The notes: generated from the letters alone by a model not told the origin. A DNA stretch of 64,000 nucleotides from Tubiluchus corallicola (GCA_030141605.1 JAQGDQ010000012.1:1444359-1508358), one strand, 5' to 3'. Counted from the stretch's first letter, positions 27,766-42,454 are shown. Translations and numbers: made by a program.

Positions 27766-28768
27766 AAAATATGGCACCTACAAACCAAAACAGCAGATAA
27801 CAGCAAGTAAACTGCTGGGCTATTAAAAACTAATTTCAAGCAAACAGACCATAACTGTTACATATAATATACAATCGTGCAGCCAGGCTAACTTTCTATA
27901 CTCAGTACAGTTCCTAAAATCCTCAGCAACAATATCGGCAAATAAAGGCAGACGTAACGATAACTATAGCAACGATGGCAACGACAATGAGAACTGCAAC
28001 ACAGGCAACATTTCAACAATGACAGGCACATTACTATGAAATTCTTTATAGCCTAATCAATATAGTGAAGCGTTTCTGCACTAAGTCCCACACAGAGCAT
28101 TTAAGGTGCGCTTATAACGCAATTATTACATTTTCGAAGTTTAGTTGAAATATGAATTATTGCTCCAAATTGTTGTAACGTAAAACGCTGTTCTTGTAGG
28201 CTATTTCTTTTTGCAAACTAATGTCGCGCAATACGATAACAAAATAAACTAGAAAGATTAAAAAGATTTAAAACAACCAAACTAGAAAATGCCATACCAT
28301 AATCGCCAAAGAACCCCAGTCACTAAACGCTGATAAGTGATAAAGCAAACCTAGTTCCTACGCATTAATTCCCAATTTTAAGTAGGTTGCATTAAAAACA
28401 TACTTAAAATGAAATTTCACAATGTAGAAATTTTTTGAAGCTTGCATAGTTGTTATACAACTAGCAGATGTCAACACATACAGTCTCTACACCCAAATTA
28501 GGTTCAACATTCGGCATGTTTTTCTTCACAAGTAATTGTCGAATTCCATTCTCCTGTTTATTGTTCAAAGGCTGTAGCTAAGCTGACCAAATGACATGCA
28601 GAAATCTTTGAACAACATCGCTAATATAACATACTCCTATTTTGATGCAAGTTTCCGCATAATGTGTTTAATTCCAGTGGTTTCTGTGTAAAATCTAAAA
28701 ATTAGGAAAGTTTGTACAAAATTCCATCATTTATAACAGATGTGAAACATGAATGGCGTTTGTCAAGG

Positions 28769-28799
<31 letters not shown>

Positions 28800-28873
28800 A
28801 ATAATAATGCTGGTGATGGTAATGATATGACGACGACGATGATGATGGTGGTAGTAATGACATGATTATGATG
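28769..28873. repeat. (GAT)n-based degenerate trinucleotide repeat
   Basis: Direct read. Confidence 0.85.
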
Positions 28874-28994
28874 AAAAAAGAACACCAATGAGACTGCTTT
28901 CCAAGAAAGTCGTGTGCACTTACTTGGCAAGCAAATCATGCATCGTATAAGCCTTTGAACACAAGTTTTGCAAAATTGCTCTTTAAACTACTAC

Positions 28995-29398
28995 ACGGTC
29001 ATTAACATCCTCAGTCCCTGGGGTTCTGTGCCGCGGTCCATCAATTTACCATTTAAGCAGATAGGGGCGATACTAAGGAATGCTCACACTCCTGCTTAGA
29101 AACTCAGAAAAAAGTGATCTCTCACAATAATCAGACTTTTTTAATGCACATTAACTATAAATTTCGCAACAAACCTGAGACTCATAAGTATATCTCAGCA
29201 GAAAATTACAAATACTGGTGGTTCAGATCAGGCACCCCTTGATGATTCCCATTCTAGAAATACATGTACTAGTACGTACACTAACTGGCTATGGGCCATA
29301 CAGTTTGGACTAATGTCTGTGGAACGGAAATGAACACTGCCCGGTTGATTTGAACGACCTGACATTTCGGTTTCTTCAAAGCCAACCACTGAAGCTAC
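28995..29398 (-). mobile_element. tRNA-derived SINE-like element in Cdx intron 1
   Basis: Minus-strand 5' head GTAGCTTCAGTGGTT (A-box-like) ... GTTCAAATC (B-box-like) followed by a ~330-bp GC-richer body. No intact cloverleaf. Confidence 0.4.
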
Positions 29399-32296
29399 TT
29401 AACAAAGATAAGATGCCAGAAGTTGCACTCAGTGATATTTAAGAGTATTTTTATGGCTATTCGAAGATTGTTGGTCATTTTAAGGCAATTTTTACGTTGT
29501 TGTTTACAGTTAGTACCGGTGATTATTCTAACATCTGCGTGTTGATTTGCGCAATGTTCAGGAGTACGTTACGTTTAAAACAAATACGCACCGGTTTGTA
29601 GGTGCTAATTTCTCACAATATGACCGTAAATAAAAATAACAACAGCCTTTCGTTTTGATATGCGGGCCGCTATGTCGTCGTGCTGTTCCAGATGTTTCCA
29701 ATTCAATAAAGTAGACTTGTTGAGAGTTCACATTAAATTTTTAAAACATGTACATAGAATATGATTGTATTGCATTGTATGTGGATAACTGAAACCAGGA
29801 TTGTGACCGCTAGACACTGCCATGGTGACAAAACACCCGCAGTTCGAAATGGAGACTTACACGTAACTGTATTTTTTAATTGAAGAAATTCATATTTGAA
29901 TATCTGCTTTAGTGTTCAAGCGCGTATTCCTTATTTCACATTTAATACTGCTAAAATGCTTGATTTAATTATTGTATTATAGCAGGCCTACATTTACGTT
30001 AATTTTATTTTTCACTCTGCGCAATCTATATTACTCAAGTGCTTCGTTTCATATTAAGTATCTCAGTTTATTAATATATGGCACTGCTTAATTTAATGAT
30101 GTTACAATTAAATAATTAATAGTCAAGTCACTCAAGTGCTTTAATTTTTAGTTTCCAAATCTCCATTATTACGCTTGATTTCTAATCAGCGAATCCCGTA
30201 GCTTATAACAGATAGGAGAATCATGCAGAAGCTTTTCACATCGTGCAGCGCTAAATCATCGTGAATGTTCAAACAAGTCAGTGGGAAGGCACATAAGTAA
30301 AAATGTTTTGGATATGACAAAGAAATCAAAAATTGTTTGTTAAGGTGATTGGCTAACTAAGAAAAATAGGGATTGAAAAAACGTGGCAGCAGTGTCGCAT
30401 AAAATGATAAAACATGAAACAAAGTTAGAAGAAACACTTAGAAGAAAAAAGGCGTAAAGGAAAAAGTGGATCTCGTCCGTTATCTTGGAAGTTTTGCGAT
30501 AAAATGACATGGCTCAGCAGTGATCTCAGTCGCAGCAAGAACTAGTTAGCCGTGGAGGAACTAATAACTAATATTTTTGTTATTAGTTAATCGTTTTGTT
30601 AGCGGATTCAATCTGCAGATATTCATGTAAGCCCATACATGGAAAACGTTGCCGAAATTTATCAGGCCTCTTTTCTTTGGAACATGGTCTTTTATTGAGT
30701 TATGTCAGCGTCGCATATCAGGTTAAAATCATATTACACCTGGGACGGCCACCAGTTCAGTGGGCATAATGCTCTGATATTTTTCTTTTGTTGTATTTTA
30801 CAAACTTACAAAGTGGTCGCAGGTGGCATGCTGTGGGGAAGGGGTGGGGGGGGGGTGATACTGCCACTGTAATCGCACAAAGAGTAGCTAAATTACTTTG
30901 TCGAACGGTAAAAAACGCGGAGTGCTTTCTTTTATTTTTGATACAAATGTCTAAACGTCAGTACTCATTTGATGTACTGTCTCTTGTGCTCTTGTTCTGC
31001 CTGCGGGGTACTAAACAATAATTAATGATTTGTTTGTTTTAGATTATAGGTATATATAAGTATTTCTAAGCCTGAGGATAAATGGCTCCAACCAATCGTA
31101 CAACAGAAGCCCAGTTTTCGTGCGTGTGATATATGGCTAATTAAATTCCGAGAAATAACCAACGCGCCTTGCTTCCACAATTTCGAGGTAAATGAAGCCA
31201 GACGCACCACGTGGTCGCCTGGGCGCCGACTGGTGGCGCCAAACAAATATCAGGCGTTTGCTGGAATTTCCAGCATGCTATCTGGCCGGCGTGCAGTAAT
31301 GGAAGAGTTAATGTTTTCGTCTCAAACTAAATAACGGCAGAAGTGTTGTGCTTGTTTGGAGCCAAATTTGGAATTCACGCAACATTTAATGTATTTAAAT
31401 ATACAAAACCGCCGTGTCGGAAATACCTGCTAGATTCTTCATTTATTTCTACAAAATTAACAGAACAAAACTAATATTTGCTAAATAACTAAATCAAAGA
31501 AAATGCGACAAAAATTGAATAATTTCGGTGACAGCTATGAAAAATCGGAACATACAGTATAACTCCGAATAAATACAATGTAACGCACAGTTGCATGCTT
31601 ACAGTGCAGCAGTATATAATTTTGGCTAAGAATATTCAGCAACCTTTAGCGTATATTATTGCAATTGGTTTTAAATTAGGAAAACTGACATAAATACAAA
31701 ACAGCTACTTTGAAAACTTATTGTAAAAAAAAGATAATCAAAATTTTGTATAATTTTACGTACAAACATGAGCTAAAGTGCAAATATACTGACAAAGTTG
31801 TAATACCAGTATAGTTATAGGCCTACTCAGCATACTCACACATTATTATGTATTATTATGTAACGTAAATATGTATGCAAGTATACAACATGTTCGTTGA
31901 TAATAGGCATCCTACTTTTTACTTGTAGCACTTCTGTTAATGATTAATGAAAGCTGAAATGTGTCATTTTCCTTCAGCTTTCATTATCAGAAGTGCTGCA
32001 ATTTAAATCAGCAGTAAAAAAGTAAAATTACTTAAAAAGGTAAAACTAAAAGGTAAAAGTAAGAGTAAATTAAAAGTAGTAAATTAAAATCAGAATAAAA
32101 AGAATGTTAAGAAAATGTCCTTCACGTTTCAATTGTAAACTTACGATCTCATTTGACTTACTCAGTACTATATATGTCGGTTGTAATGTGTACTGCTGTA
32201 CAGTGTTCAAACAAACAAAAAACCTTTACTAAAATATGCACTACAACAACGCAGTTATTATTTTCAATATAGCCATTAACGCTGCCCTGTGTTATA

Positions 32297-32842
32297 NNNN
32301 NNNNNNNNNNNNNNNNNNNNNNNNNNNNNNNNNNNNNNNNNNNNNNNNNNNNNNNNNNNNNNNNNNNNNNNNNNNNNNNNNNNNNNNNNNNNNNNNNNNN
32401 NNNNNNNNNNNNNNNNNNNNNNNNNNNNNNNNNNNNNNNNNNNNNNNNNNNNNNNNNNNNNNNNNNNNNNNNNNNNNNNNNNNNNNNNNNNNNNNNNNNN
32501 NNNNNNNNNNNNNNNNNNNNNNNNNNNNNNNNNNNNNNNNNNNNNNNNNNNNNNNNNNNNNNNNNNNNNNNNNNNNNNNNNNNNNNNNNNNNNNNNNNNN
32601 NNNNNNNNNNNNNNNNNNNNNNNNNNNNNNNNNNNNNNNNNNNNNNNNNNNNNNNNNNNNNNNNNNNNNNNNNNNNNNNNNNNNNNNNNNNNNNNNNNNN
32701 NNNNNNNNNNNNNNNNNNNNNNNNNNNNNNNNNNNNNNNNNNNNNNNNNNNNNNNNNNNNNNNNNNNNNNNNNNNNNNNNNNNNNNNNNNNNNNNNNNNN
32801 NNNNNNNNNNNNNNNNNNNNNNNNNNNNNNNNNNNNNNNNNN
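32297..32842. other. Assembly gap (546 N) inside Cdx intron 1
   Basis: Run of N. Confidence 1.
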
Positions 32843-33739
32843 TATAGCTACATAGCTTATATGCCGTAAGTTAAATTATTATAATTATAATACACCAACA
32901 AAATGAACTAATGTAATATATTCAAATTTCATATTATTGTATTTAAGAATCAGTTTTAATTTATTATTCGGCAAACAACATTCTTTACACTTCTATATCA
33001 ACATAATAATAAGCATTGATTGTAAAATTGTCACACTGCCAAATTTGTCAAGCAAAACGCAAATAAGGTTAGGCTATACCCAAAATTTAATATGCATGCA
33101 TACAGACATTTATTATAATAACGATATTTGAATAATATCCAGAATATTAACTTACACGGAGACAGTACTTCGTAATTTATTAAATTATATTGCTAACCAA
33201 ACACTTGCGCTTCTTTTCTATATACTACCTGGGCAAACGCGGTATTGCTTTGATCTAATGATACTTGTACAGATTCAATTGAGAGATAATAGGCAGACGT
33301 TGCCCAGACAATTGACCAACAACGCACGCTCCTCTATGCAGAGGACCGCCGCTCCTTATTTGTCTGTTGCGTAATTGTTGTAGCAACACGTCTACAGGTA
33401 TAGACAGATAAAGACAAAGGCTGGATGACACCCACATGAGTTGGACAGGTAACTCACCGAGTACTTTGGCGGCGTCTTTGATCTTAGTCAAATCATGTAA
33501 GTTGGCAGCGTTATGTAGATAAATCGAAACTCTTTGGTATCAAAAAGAGCCAACAAAAGAACAAGAAAAGAAAGATTTTGCTATTTGGATGAAACAAAAG
33601 TAATTAATTATAGATCACTGTGAGCTTTTTGTAAGGTAGTTCTCTCTCATAAGATTCCTAGCATAGCTGCTGTTCAACATAAGAGACAATGAGAAGCAGG
33701 ATATTGCACACTAGGTATGTAGGAAGCGACACATGTAAA

Positions 33740-34757
33740 ATGGTACAGGAACAATAGTGCGGTAAAAACGGCACATGAAAAAAGGCACTAATGGCAAAGT
33801 AGGAAAAATGGCACATGCAAAACTGAAATATGCATCTCCGTATATACCAGCCTCCGTCAAAGCCGTACAATCCTAGCTATTTTAGTCTGATTTTTTCATA
33901 GGAAAAGCATAAAACAAAGATGAACATGCAAACGTATAAAAATATACCTATATATATATAAATAATTAGTTATTGGACTAGTGAAATGACGAACAAAATA
34001 TTTTAAACATAAAATAAAATTGTAATCAGCAGTGCACGAATATGGTGCTTAGTGTTTGTCCACAACTCTTCGACCATTTTGACATTGGTAATATAGGCTG
34101 ACAGTTTTCAAAGAGAGAATTTCTCGAATGGAATCTGAAACATGAAACTAACTCGTACTCATTTATCCTGGCGGAGGTATTAATTATCTTTCTCTATCTT
34201 ATAGCCAAGCTCCTTTTTTAGCTATAAAATTCCTGCAGAGACGTCTATGAAAAACCGCACGAAGGCATTTTTGAACATGGTGTTCTATATATACCAACTT
34301 ATGTGAAAAATGAGAAAAAGCGCCTCTCTAGGCAATTTTTCCCCTCCTTTGGCACCAAATTTGTTTTGCTTATCCCACTGTCAATGCCCAACATCTCTAT
34401 AAAGTTTCCTGGAAATATGTTAAGTCACTTTTGCAGCGATGAAAACATAACCTCCTTGAAAGAGGTAATCGTTATCATTAGTCATTATTTATGATTCATT
34501 ATTACTCACGAGTCACGAATAGTGCTTTTTGCGTAATACTGATAACCAACAGGCGAACAAACAAAGTAACCAATAAATAAGCAACAAACAAACAACAAAC
34601 GATATAGCTTCCTTAACAGAAGTAAAAATGATTAATATAATTATCGTAAACACTAACCCTAACCCTAACTCATATTTTGTTAAATATGCCATCTTTCCTA
34701 TTTTTCCATTTGTGCCCTTTTTCCGGTGCCATTTTTTACTGTGCCATGATACCGACC
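33740..34757. mobile_element. ~1-kb non-autonomous foldback/MITE-like element with repetitive inverted termini
   Basis: Left AAAAAAGGCACTAATGGCAAAGTAGGAAAAATGGCACAT matches the reverse complement of the right ATATGCCATCTTTCCTATTTTTCCATTTGTGCCCTTTTT. Internal (CTAACC)n at ~34653-34669. TSD not resolved. Confidence 0.6.
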
Positions 34758-35429
34758 ATTCTCAAATCCTGACATGCTATTAAAAAGATCTATACGTTCA
34801 TAAGGCACAACAGTTTACCCCTGTAAACAGCCCATAAGAAGAAAGTCCAAAAATGGCTTCAAACTGTTTGAAAATTTGATGAAATTAAGAGAACTCTGCG
34901 TGAACAGCATGTACGTCTTCCCTAGTAAGACAGGCTCGTTAAAGACATGATAGACAGCAGCAACCTAAGTGTTATTTTTCAAGCCATAAACTTGATGGAG
35001 ACATAAAAGTCATTAAAATTCATATCCAGTGCAAACTAGAGACAAGGCCGAGACATGGGAGCAAACGGTGCACTCAAGCTGTTTTACAGACTCGAATCGA
35101 CGTACAAGATTATATTTTACAATTCTACTTTGCTTAAGAAAAAAACAAACATCTGTGATCCATCACCAATCATTAGACAACTAAACATGTAGAGTGCCGA
35201 CGAAATGATTCAAATAACGCTTTTGTTACTACAAACATATAAATTTGCATAATAGAAATATGCTATTAATAATATTGATTTATGATTTTATAAGAATTAC
35301 AGCTACTCCCAGCACAATATTTAGAATATACAGAGATCAATTATCAAATTAGCAATTCATCACTCTTTATAATGTGTTTATCAAGCAAGAACGTTAAACG
35401 CAAAATACTGTTTCATATTATAGAAATGC

Positions 35430-35438
35430 CCTCTTCTC

Positions 35439-35490
<52 letters not shown>

Positions 35491-35508
35491 GCTCTCTCTC
35501 GCTCTCTC
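35430..35508. repeat. (CT)n microsatellite
   Basis: Direct read. Confidence 0.9.
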
Positions 35509-38500
35509 ATACACTTAGACAATTATAATTAATTTAATAAAATATATGTATTTATACGGTGATGGACAGACAGTTATTACCCGAATTTCTAAAAAAAAAC
35601 TAAACCACCAAATCGTCAAACAGCAGTTTCTTAAATTGCATATTGTGTTTAGCAGGCACTGCTAAATCTCTCAGTTTACATAACATTATTTTACGGCTCA
35701 GGTTCGCCAGTGTTGTTAGCAGCTGATAGTTCAACGAGCAAGAAAACTTGGTTCAGGCTCTAATTCAATGCCCACGACTAAATAGTCATAAAGCTTTATG
35801 GCGGCCATATACAGACGCCATGCATATGTTTTTATTTATTGACGGTAATTTGACAGGATTAATGTCAGTATGAATAATGTGTGTCAAAGATGAACTGTCA
35901 ATAACCTGCATTAAAACAATTACCAACAATTGCCAATTAAATCTTTCACACTGAGCCAGAAATTAATGAACTTGCAGGAAACTCTGTAAACTGCAGTTCC
36001 AATAAACGTTTGCACAGAAAGCAGACAAGTATGGAGCCCTCAACATGATTTGGACTCACTCGAAAATTCCTAGGCAAAGTATATTTTTAATTATCTAAAT
36101 TAATCGTCGTAATAATTTTAATTACCTTAACACTTTTCGGTGCAATGAGTGGTTTTAAAAATCATTAAAAAATTACTCAAATATGTAATCATGGAATCAT
36201 GTTTTATAATGCTACATGATACAAGGTTAAAGGCCGCAACTAAAACATTGAACTGCAATGACTGTGACACACATTTACTGCCTCCGACTTTGAATAAAAT
36301 CGCTCTAAATTAAAAAGTTACGCTGAAGAACTTGCGCTAAACTAGCATTCTAGCAACAACCAACACAAAATGGCGACCTCGTCTGTTATTATATTTCCAC
36401 TCCATTCATGTGTAGACACTAATATTGGCGCCATAAGGGCGGCTGATTGCTTTTTACGACCATGGGTGCTGAACAGCTCTCAGTGCTAATATTTTTTGCA
36501 TGCAGAACCACAGATTATACGTTGTTTCAAACGTAATTAAATGAGAAGCCAGGCTAAAGAACTGTGACGTCACCAGTGCAAACACATGCGCAGTAAAAAC
36601 TAATACACCTTTAGGTGGTAACTCGTTTTTCATTTTAGGAAATTTTAAAAGTCTAACCTTTAATTAACCGTAGGTAGGTTAGCAATCAACCAATAAATTA
36701 ACCTTTTGTAAGTAGAGTGAAACGCTCTTACAAAGCCAAATTGCAATAATTTATCTTAGTTAAATAGAAGTAATACACAGGTTCATTAAGAAACAAAACT
36801 GTCATGCCCAAAAATGTCGAGCCTACATTTTATTAAGCTTGAAAGAATAATTGTAATTAACAGTATAAGAAACAGGATTATCTCGATTCTCGAATGGCTC
36901 CTTCAACAAATTTTATCGTACATTTTACCGAAAACGTATACTACTAGCTGTATTCATAATAATACTTTTCCTTCTGTCCCAAACCTTAAAATTGTCATCT
37001 GAAGCATAAATTTTTTTATAGCAGTCAAAGTTGAACCAGTGAAAAAAATCCAAATCAGTTATGGAATGTATTTACATACGAAATTATCGAAATTAAGTTT
37101 CTAAAATAAATTTTGTTTGCACACCAATGTAATGCTAAACATATTAACCTGCGGCTGTGCGGGCAGTCTACATATAACGCAGTACACTTACAAGTTTATA
37201 TGTGGTGTGTCTGATCTACGGTACATATAGGTTGGCTTACGTAGGTAGGTATGCCCTGCTAAAGCTGCTGTTCTTGTACACGAGCGATTCTCGGTACTCA
37301 TACATATACAGTATTAGTGTAATAAAACAATTTGGAACAATTCACTTAGCTATAAAACTTATTTTGCGTGCACACACGTTCAAGGCTTTTAATTTCAAAT
37401 AGCACTTTTTATCAAGCTCGTCACGAAAGATAATTAAACCACATTCAGTTGACTGAACATTCACACAGGTTAAAAAGAATAAAATAATAGTTAAAACTAT
37501 ATTTTAACCAACAATACTGACGAATAAATCAGATTAATAAATCTAAAGTTTATGTTAAACACAAATGGTGCAATGGCTAATTTATTAAAGAAAGATAACG
37601 CTGAAAATTCTTGAGCCAGGGAGGATTTCAGTTCGAGATATTGTAGTTAACCTCGCCGTCTATCAAATGACCTACAGCTACAGACCCCAAGGCAAAGCAC
37701 ACCTGAATTCTTATTCTTGTAGTACGCAGGCAATCTGAGTACACCTATACCTATACAACAAAAGGGTGATATTATTTAACTAATTAGCTGACAACACCTT
37801 AACAACAGATAATAACTTAATGTGAGAAACAATAAACCTTAAACCTGAACAACACTTAAACCTAACGACTAATTACTAATTAGCTAAAGAAGGAACTCTT
37901 AAATTGTGCACCGATCCGGACTTGAACCTAAGACTTTGAGTAGAACTGGCATGCCTGTACAGTTTTAAATTTTCTTACAAGTTTAATTAATTAATTATCA
38001 AAGTGTACTACGCATGTAAAATAGTATGCATGATATCATTTTGATATCATGTATATGGCACAATTGTGCTTTTTTGTAAAATGCGTTAAACTTGGTTTTA
38101 TTATTATTTATTTTAAACATTTTTTAATTAACCGACTGTTTTTAACAAAAAGTTTTTTTTAAAGATATAACATGAATCCAGCTCTGTAACATAAATAGTG
38201 AGTTCTGGAAATCTTCCAAATGCCACATAAGTACTGGGGTGTACACTATACAGCTTTATGGCTTGATCATGTTTTGAATTATTATTCCGTGACCAAATTT
38301 TAAGAAATAAACCCTTTGCTATAGTGTGGCGCGGGAAAATGGCGGTTTTTACGAGCAGTGGGAGGGAAACTCACATAATTATTATCGTTTGCGTGAGGTG
38401 GATCCGTCTCCTCTCTTTAGAAAAGGCGCCATGATTTTGAAAATTATTAAACTTTTGAGACCAATAAAATTCCGAAATTTGTAACGCACGCTTAAAAATG

Positions 38501-38654
38501 CTGCGTAGTTTCGTTCAGTTCAGTGGGCAACGGGTAGATGTGTATTACCTAAAATTATATTAGCCTACTTTAAGATTATTTTAAATATTTTAAAAATGAT
38601 GAATTAAGCCCTGTATTGGTAAAAGGTGCTAAATGGCAGAATGATGTATATGCA

Positions 38655-38765
38655 GTATGTATGTATGTATGTATGTATGTATGTATGTATGTATGTATGT
38701 ATGTATGTATGTATGTATGTATGTATGTATGTATGTATGTATGTATGTATGTATGTATGTATGTA
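38655..38765. repeat. (ATGT)n microsatellite
   Basis: Direct read; explains the spurious MYVC-repeat ORF. Confidence 0.97.
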
Positions 38766-41700
38766 TATATTCATTTATTTCCATTAGAGTATTGGGCTGA
38801 AACAAGTGTTTAGCTTAAGAAAATCATATTTATATGCTACTGAACATATCTTATTAGTCTTACCTAACATTCCTTTCTGTCTTACCTCATGAGCTCAAAA
38901 CATGTCAGTAGGAAGTGAGGAAAAATTTAAAAAAATGTTTTATATATGTTTTGTAAATATTGTGAAATCGTAGAATATTTAAAATCACTTTCCCACTGGC
39001 TAGCACTAACGTTTTAAATTTTTTCACTACTGATTTTTTTAGTTTTTTGTTTCGCATTACTATATTATCGTATATTATATTACCATCACATAGCCTCTTC
39101 TTTGCGCCGTATGAACGCATGTTCTGATGATTATGGTATAAGCGGCAACACTACTGTTAATACGCTGATTTGGCAGAAAATACGATACTTTTTAGCTTCC
39201 AATATGATAATCAACATCACAAAAAACGGCAACCCTAATCGAAAGTTAACCGTAGAAAAACATTGCTGTGTGATTGCCGAAAACAACGATGTTATAATAA
39301 TTATTGCGTATTACGTTTTAAATGAAAAAATACACTTTTATATGACTGTATCAGATAAGTACATGAATGTACAAAAAAAATTATAAAATTCCCGGCCGGG
39401 GTGTCAATAAAAAATATTACCCGGGTAGTCGATTAGACGGAAATAGAAGTATTTTTATTGTCGGCCTTACACTTCTAAATAGCTATCCACATTGTTGTCA
39501 ATACGGTTTTATATAAATGCAAGGGTTGCAGATGAAAAAGGTGTTTAAGATATTGAAGTAATTTATTTATGATAATATGCTACAAAAATCTGATCATTAC
39601 ACTAAAAAGTATTTCTGCTTACAAATCTGTTTTATATAGGTCAAAAGAAAATAGATACTAGCTTTGCAGATATAAAACGCAATTTACCAATAATATTAAA
39701 GATTTTAATTCGTAAACAGACCAGTAGGCACTTAGCTGTTTGGTGATTAAGTTCTCTGTTGCCGGCCCTTGCACGCTAGTGCAGCCCTACAAATGCTTTT
39801 TTTATGTTATTTGTGTCATTTTACTGTTTTGCACTCTTGTGCCTAAATAAAAAATATAAGTAATATAATGTAGATTATAGACTTGAATAATATATATTAC
39901 GAAAATGAGTAGGCTTAATTGATTGTTTATTAAAATATAATAACAGCACTTTATTAAAATTCATGTTCGTACCTTATATACAGCAATAACAAGAGCAAAT
40001 CGTGTTCATTTATATTATAAGAATTAAGTTATCAATAAAATGCGCCGCTACTGTATATATGTTGGCCATAATATCATAAATTGTGATCATTATTGCTTTA
40101 CTGCCACACGGCACAGCATGGCAGTCCAAGCCTTAAATCCACGCGTAAATATTATATTCATTTTATGAAAGGTACATTTTAACTGTGTATATATGAATTT
40201 ATTACATGTTAAAATAGCGATTAGCGGTCATTATTAGTTAAACATTTTAGGGATGTTTAAGATTTACGGTCTTCACCATCTACGATCTATCAGCAATTAA
40301 ATCAAGGCTTTATAATATTATTAGTGAGGATAATTTTCACGAACGTATAAAATTTCTTAATTTTGTTAAGAATCAATTTTTGCAGCTTGCAACACCACGG
40401 GGTTATAAGACGTAAATTTCCAAATGCTTTAGCCAAACACTACATTTAGGCCTTTAACATTGAGAAAATTCTAGTTTTTCATGCACTTTTATTGTATCTT
40501 AATTTCGTGTTGCTTTGTCAGCACAGCCAGGTCCTTAAAAAGCAGTAAATAACTGTCATATTCTGAAACACAGTTCAAGTGAAACAAGTAGTAAATATGA
40601 TTAGTAAGAAAGTAGTGAAAAGTAGTGGCCAAAAGTACCTAAACCATACAGAAACCCTCTCAAAGGGTTTCCACAAAACTAAATATCATTTGGGCATGTA
40701 ATTATAATAGTTTGGTAAATTGGAGAAGGGTAAACAACACATGAAGCCTTATGCCCATTCGGTAGCTACAATGTTTTAATTCACGGAGGTTACTGAAACA
40801 CACCTGCGTGGAACTAGGCAGTAAAAACTTGCGGCTTGCAGCAGGATTATTGTTATTAAAGTAGCTTTGATGTACATTCTGTGTAGCAAATTAGCAACTT
40901 TATTTGAAATGCAAATATTACTATAATGAGGGCTTTCTCTACGCAGTATATAATAATAATAGTAAAAATGTACATGTAGGATTGGCTATGCGCAGGCCTA
41001 TGTATGTTTACTATATGCATTTTAATTATGTGTAAATATAACTTGTGTGTGACTTTTTAGTAACTTTACTTCGATGTTCTTGTGTAAATTGAAACTGCAT
41101 GAGAGGTGAAGGAATGTGCCAAATATTTATTCTTATTATCTTTTCGTGTTTTTTTCATTTAATTTTATTTTCTATTTATTTGTTTAGCATTAAGGATTCA
41201 GATTTATGAGTAATAAATAAGAACAAGCTATTAATCATTTAGTTATTTAATGTTCTTTTTTGCAAGTTTTACGCTAATCCTGAACTGAGGCAATTAACAC
41301 GTTTCAGTTTATAATTAAACAATAGTACACTTCAGTTAGGCCTACTATACGCAAAGTAATATATAAATAATTTTTATATTTAATATATATTTTGTTTGTA
41401 GATGATAACCATGCACGCATTGTCATATCATAGTTATTTCTGATATTTTGTGTCTCATTATGTACTGGGCTAAAGTACTTTACCTATATGCCTGTACGTA
41501 ATATTGAATTAAACACGCGAGTATACGTCTGTCGTAAAGAGAGTTTGATGAATTTAAAATGTGAAAATTAGTTTATAGCTTAGGCTTTTGCTGTCGGAAC
41601 AACATTCTGCAGACTGATCTAAATGCCGACCCTACATAACTCTACAAAACCGCCTACGCAGTACCATATAGGCGGTGGCTTTATGAAGCAAAAGTAAATA

Positions 41701-41771
41701 TTTTCATGAAGATACCAATTAAACGAGACTGCAAATTATGAAGAAGAAAAATGAAAAACCGATTTAATTAC

Positions 41772-42213
41772 CTGGATTTGGTGATTTCTTGATCCAGTCA
41801 TACGGCGGGCCACCTCTTAGTGGCCGATTTCCAGAATCCGTTACCGTATGTGTGGGCATGGGGAGAGACCCTGTGGAGGAGGATCCACTGGCAGCCGGAT
41901 TGGGCACAATAGCCCCATGTCCACGCACAAAGTCTGGAGGATTCACCGGGGGCGATCTGGTATAAGCGCTTTGATGATGATGACCGGTAGCTCCAAATCC
42001 ACCCGACTGCAACATCGTCCATGGATCGTCCGGATGTCCACGTCCCGGCCCAGTCGGGTACATCCAGGTGCCCTGTGGGAGCTGTTCGCCGTAGGAGTAG
42101 TCCGAACATTGCGGTGTAGGGTAGCTGATGTTTGGTGGGAGGTTGTGGGAAGAATAACCCCCTTGGCCGGTGTGACGTCCCGTGAACATTGTAGGTTCAT
42201 AGATGAGAGTCAT
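41772..42213 (-). CDS. cad: caudal/Cdx coding exon 1; joined CDS 42213-41772, 23961-23877, 22701-22473 = 251 aa
   Basis: G/P/S/H/Y-rich N-terminus ending in the Cdx hexapeptide region PPYDWIKK, then a CCAG|gtaatt phase-1 donor that joins in frame to GKTRT. Confidence 0.93.
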
Positions 42214-42454
42214 GATATAACATCACAGGCTTCTCTTTTTCTCTTTCACTTTTTTGTCAAAGTATTTTGTTAAATGTTTCTGATTGTCACCTCACTTCTC
42301 GCTTTTACGATGATCGTCGCGGGTTGTTATCTACTGAAACACTGAAACTACAACACATGATGAAGCAGTATGTAGAAATCGTTCAACTTGTTGCTAATGG
42401 CAGGTGAGCTTTTACTCTCTTTTCGCAGACATGATGTTCACCAACTTCATGGAA

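Noticed and set aside
32236-32855. Long ORFs of X residues
   Set aside because: Artefact of the N gap.
38616-38813. MYVC-repeat ORF, and the similar repeat ORFs at 58560-58779
   Set aside because: Translations of microsatellites.
41798-42273. Overlapping ORFs 41848-42273(+), 41798-42109(-), 41943-42200(-)
   Set aside because: Shadow frames of the GC-rich Cdx exon 1 with no recognisable motifs.
42401-42430. Plus-strand donor and strong acceptor (CAG|GTGAG...TTTTCGCAG) antisense to the Cdx leader
   Set aside because: Only 25 nt apart, too short for an intron, and no other exon evidence.
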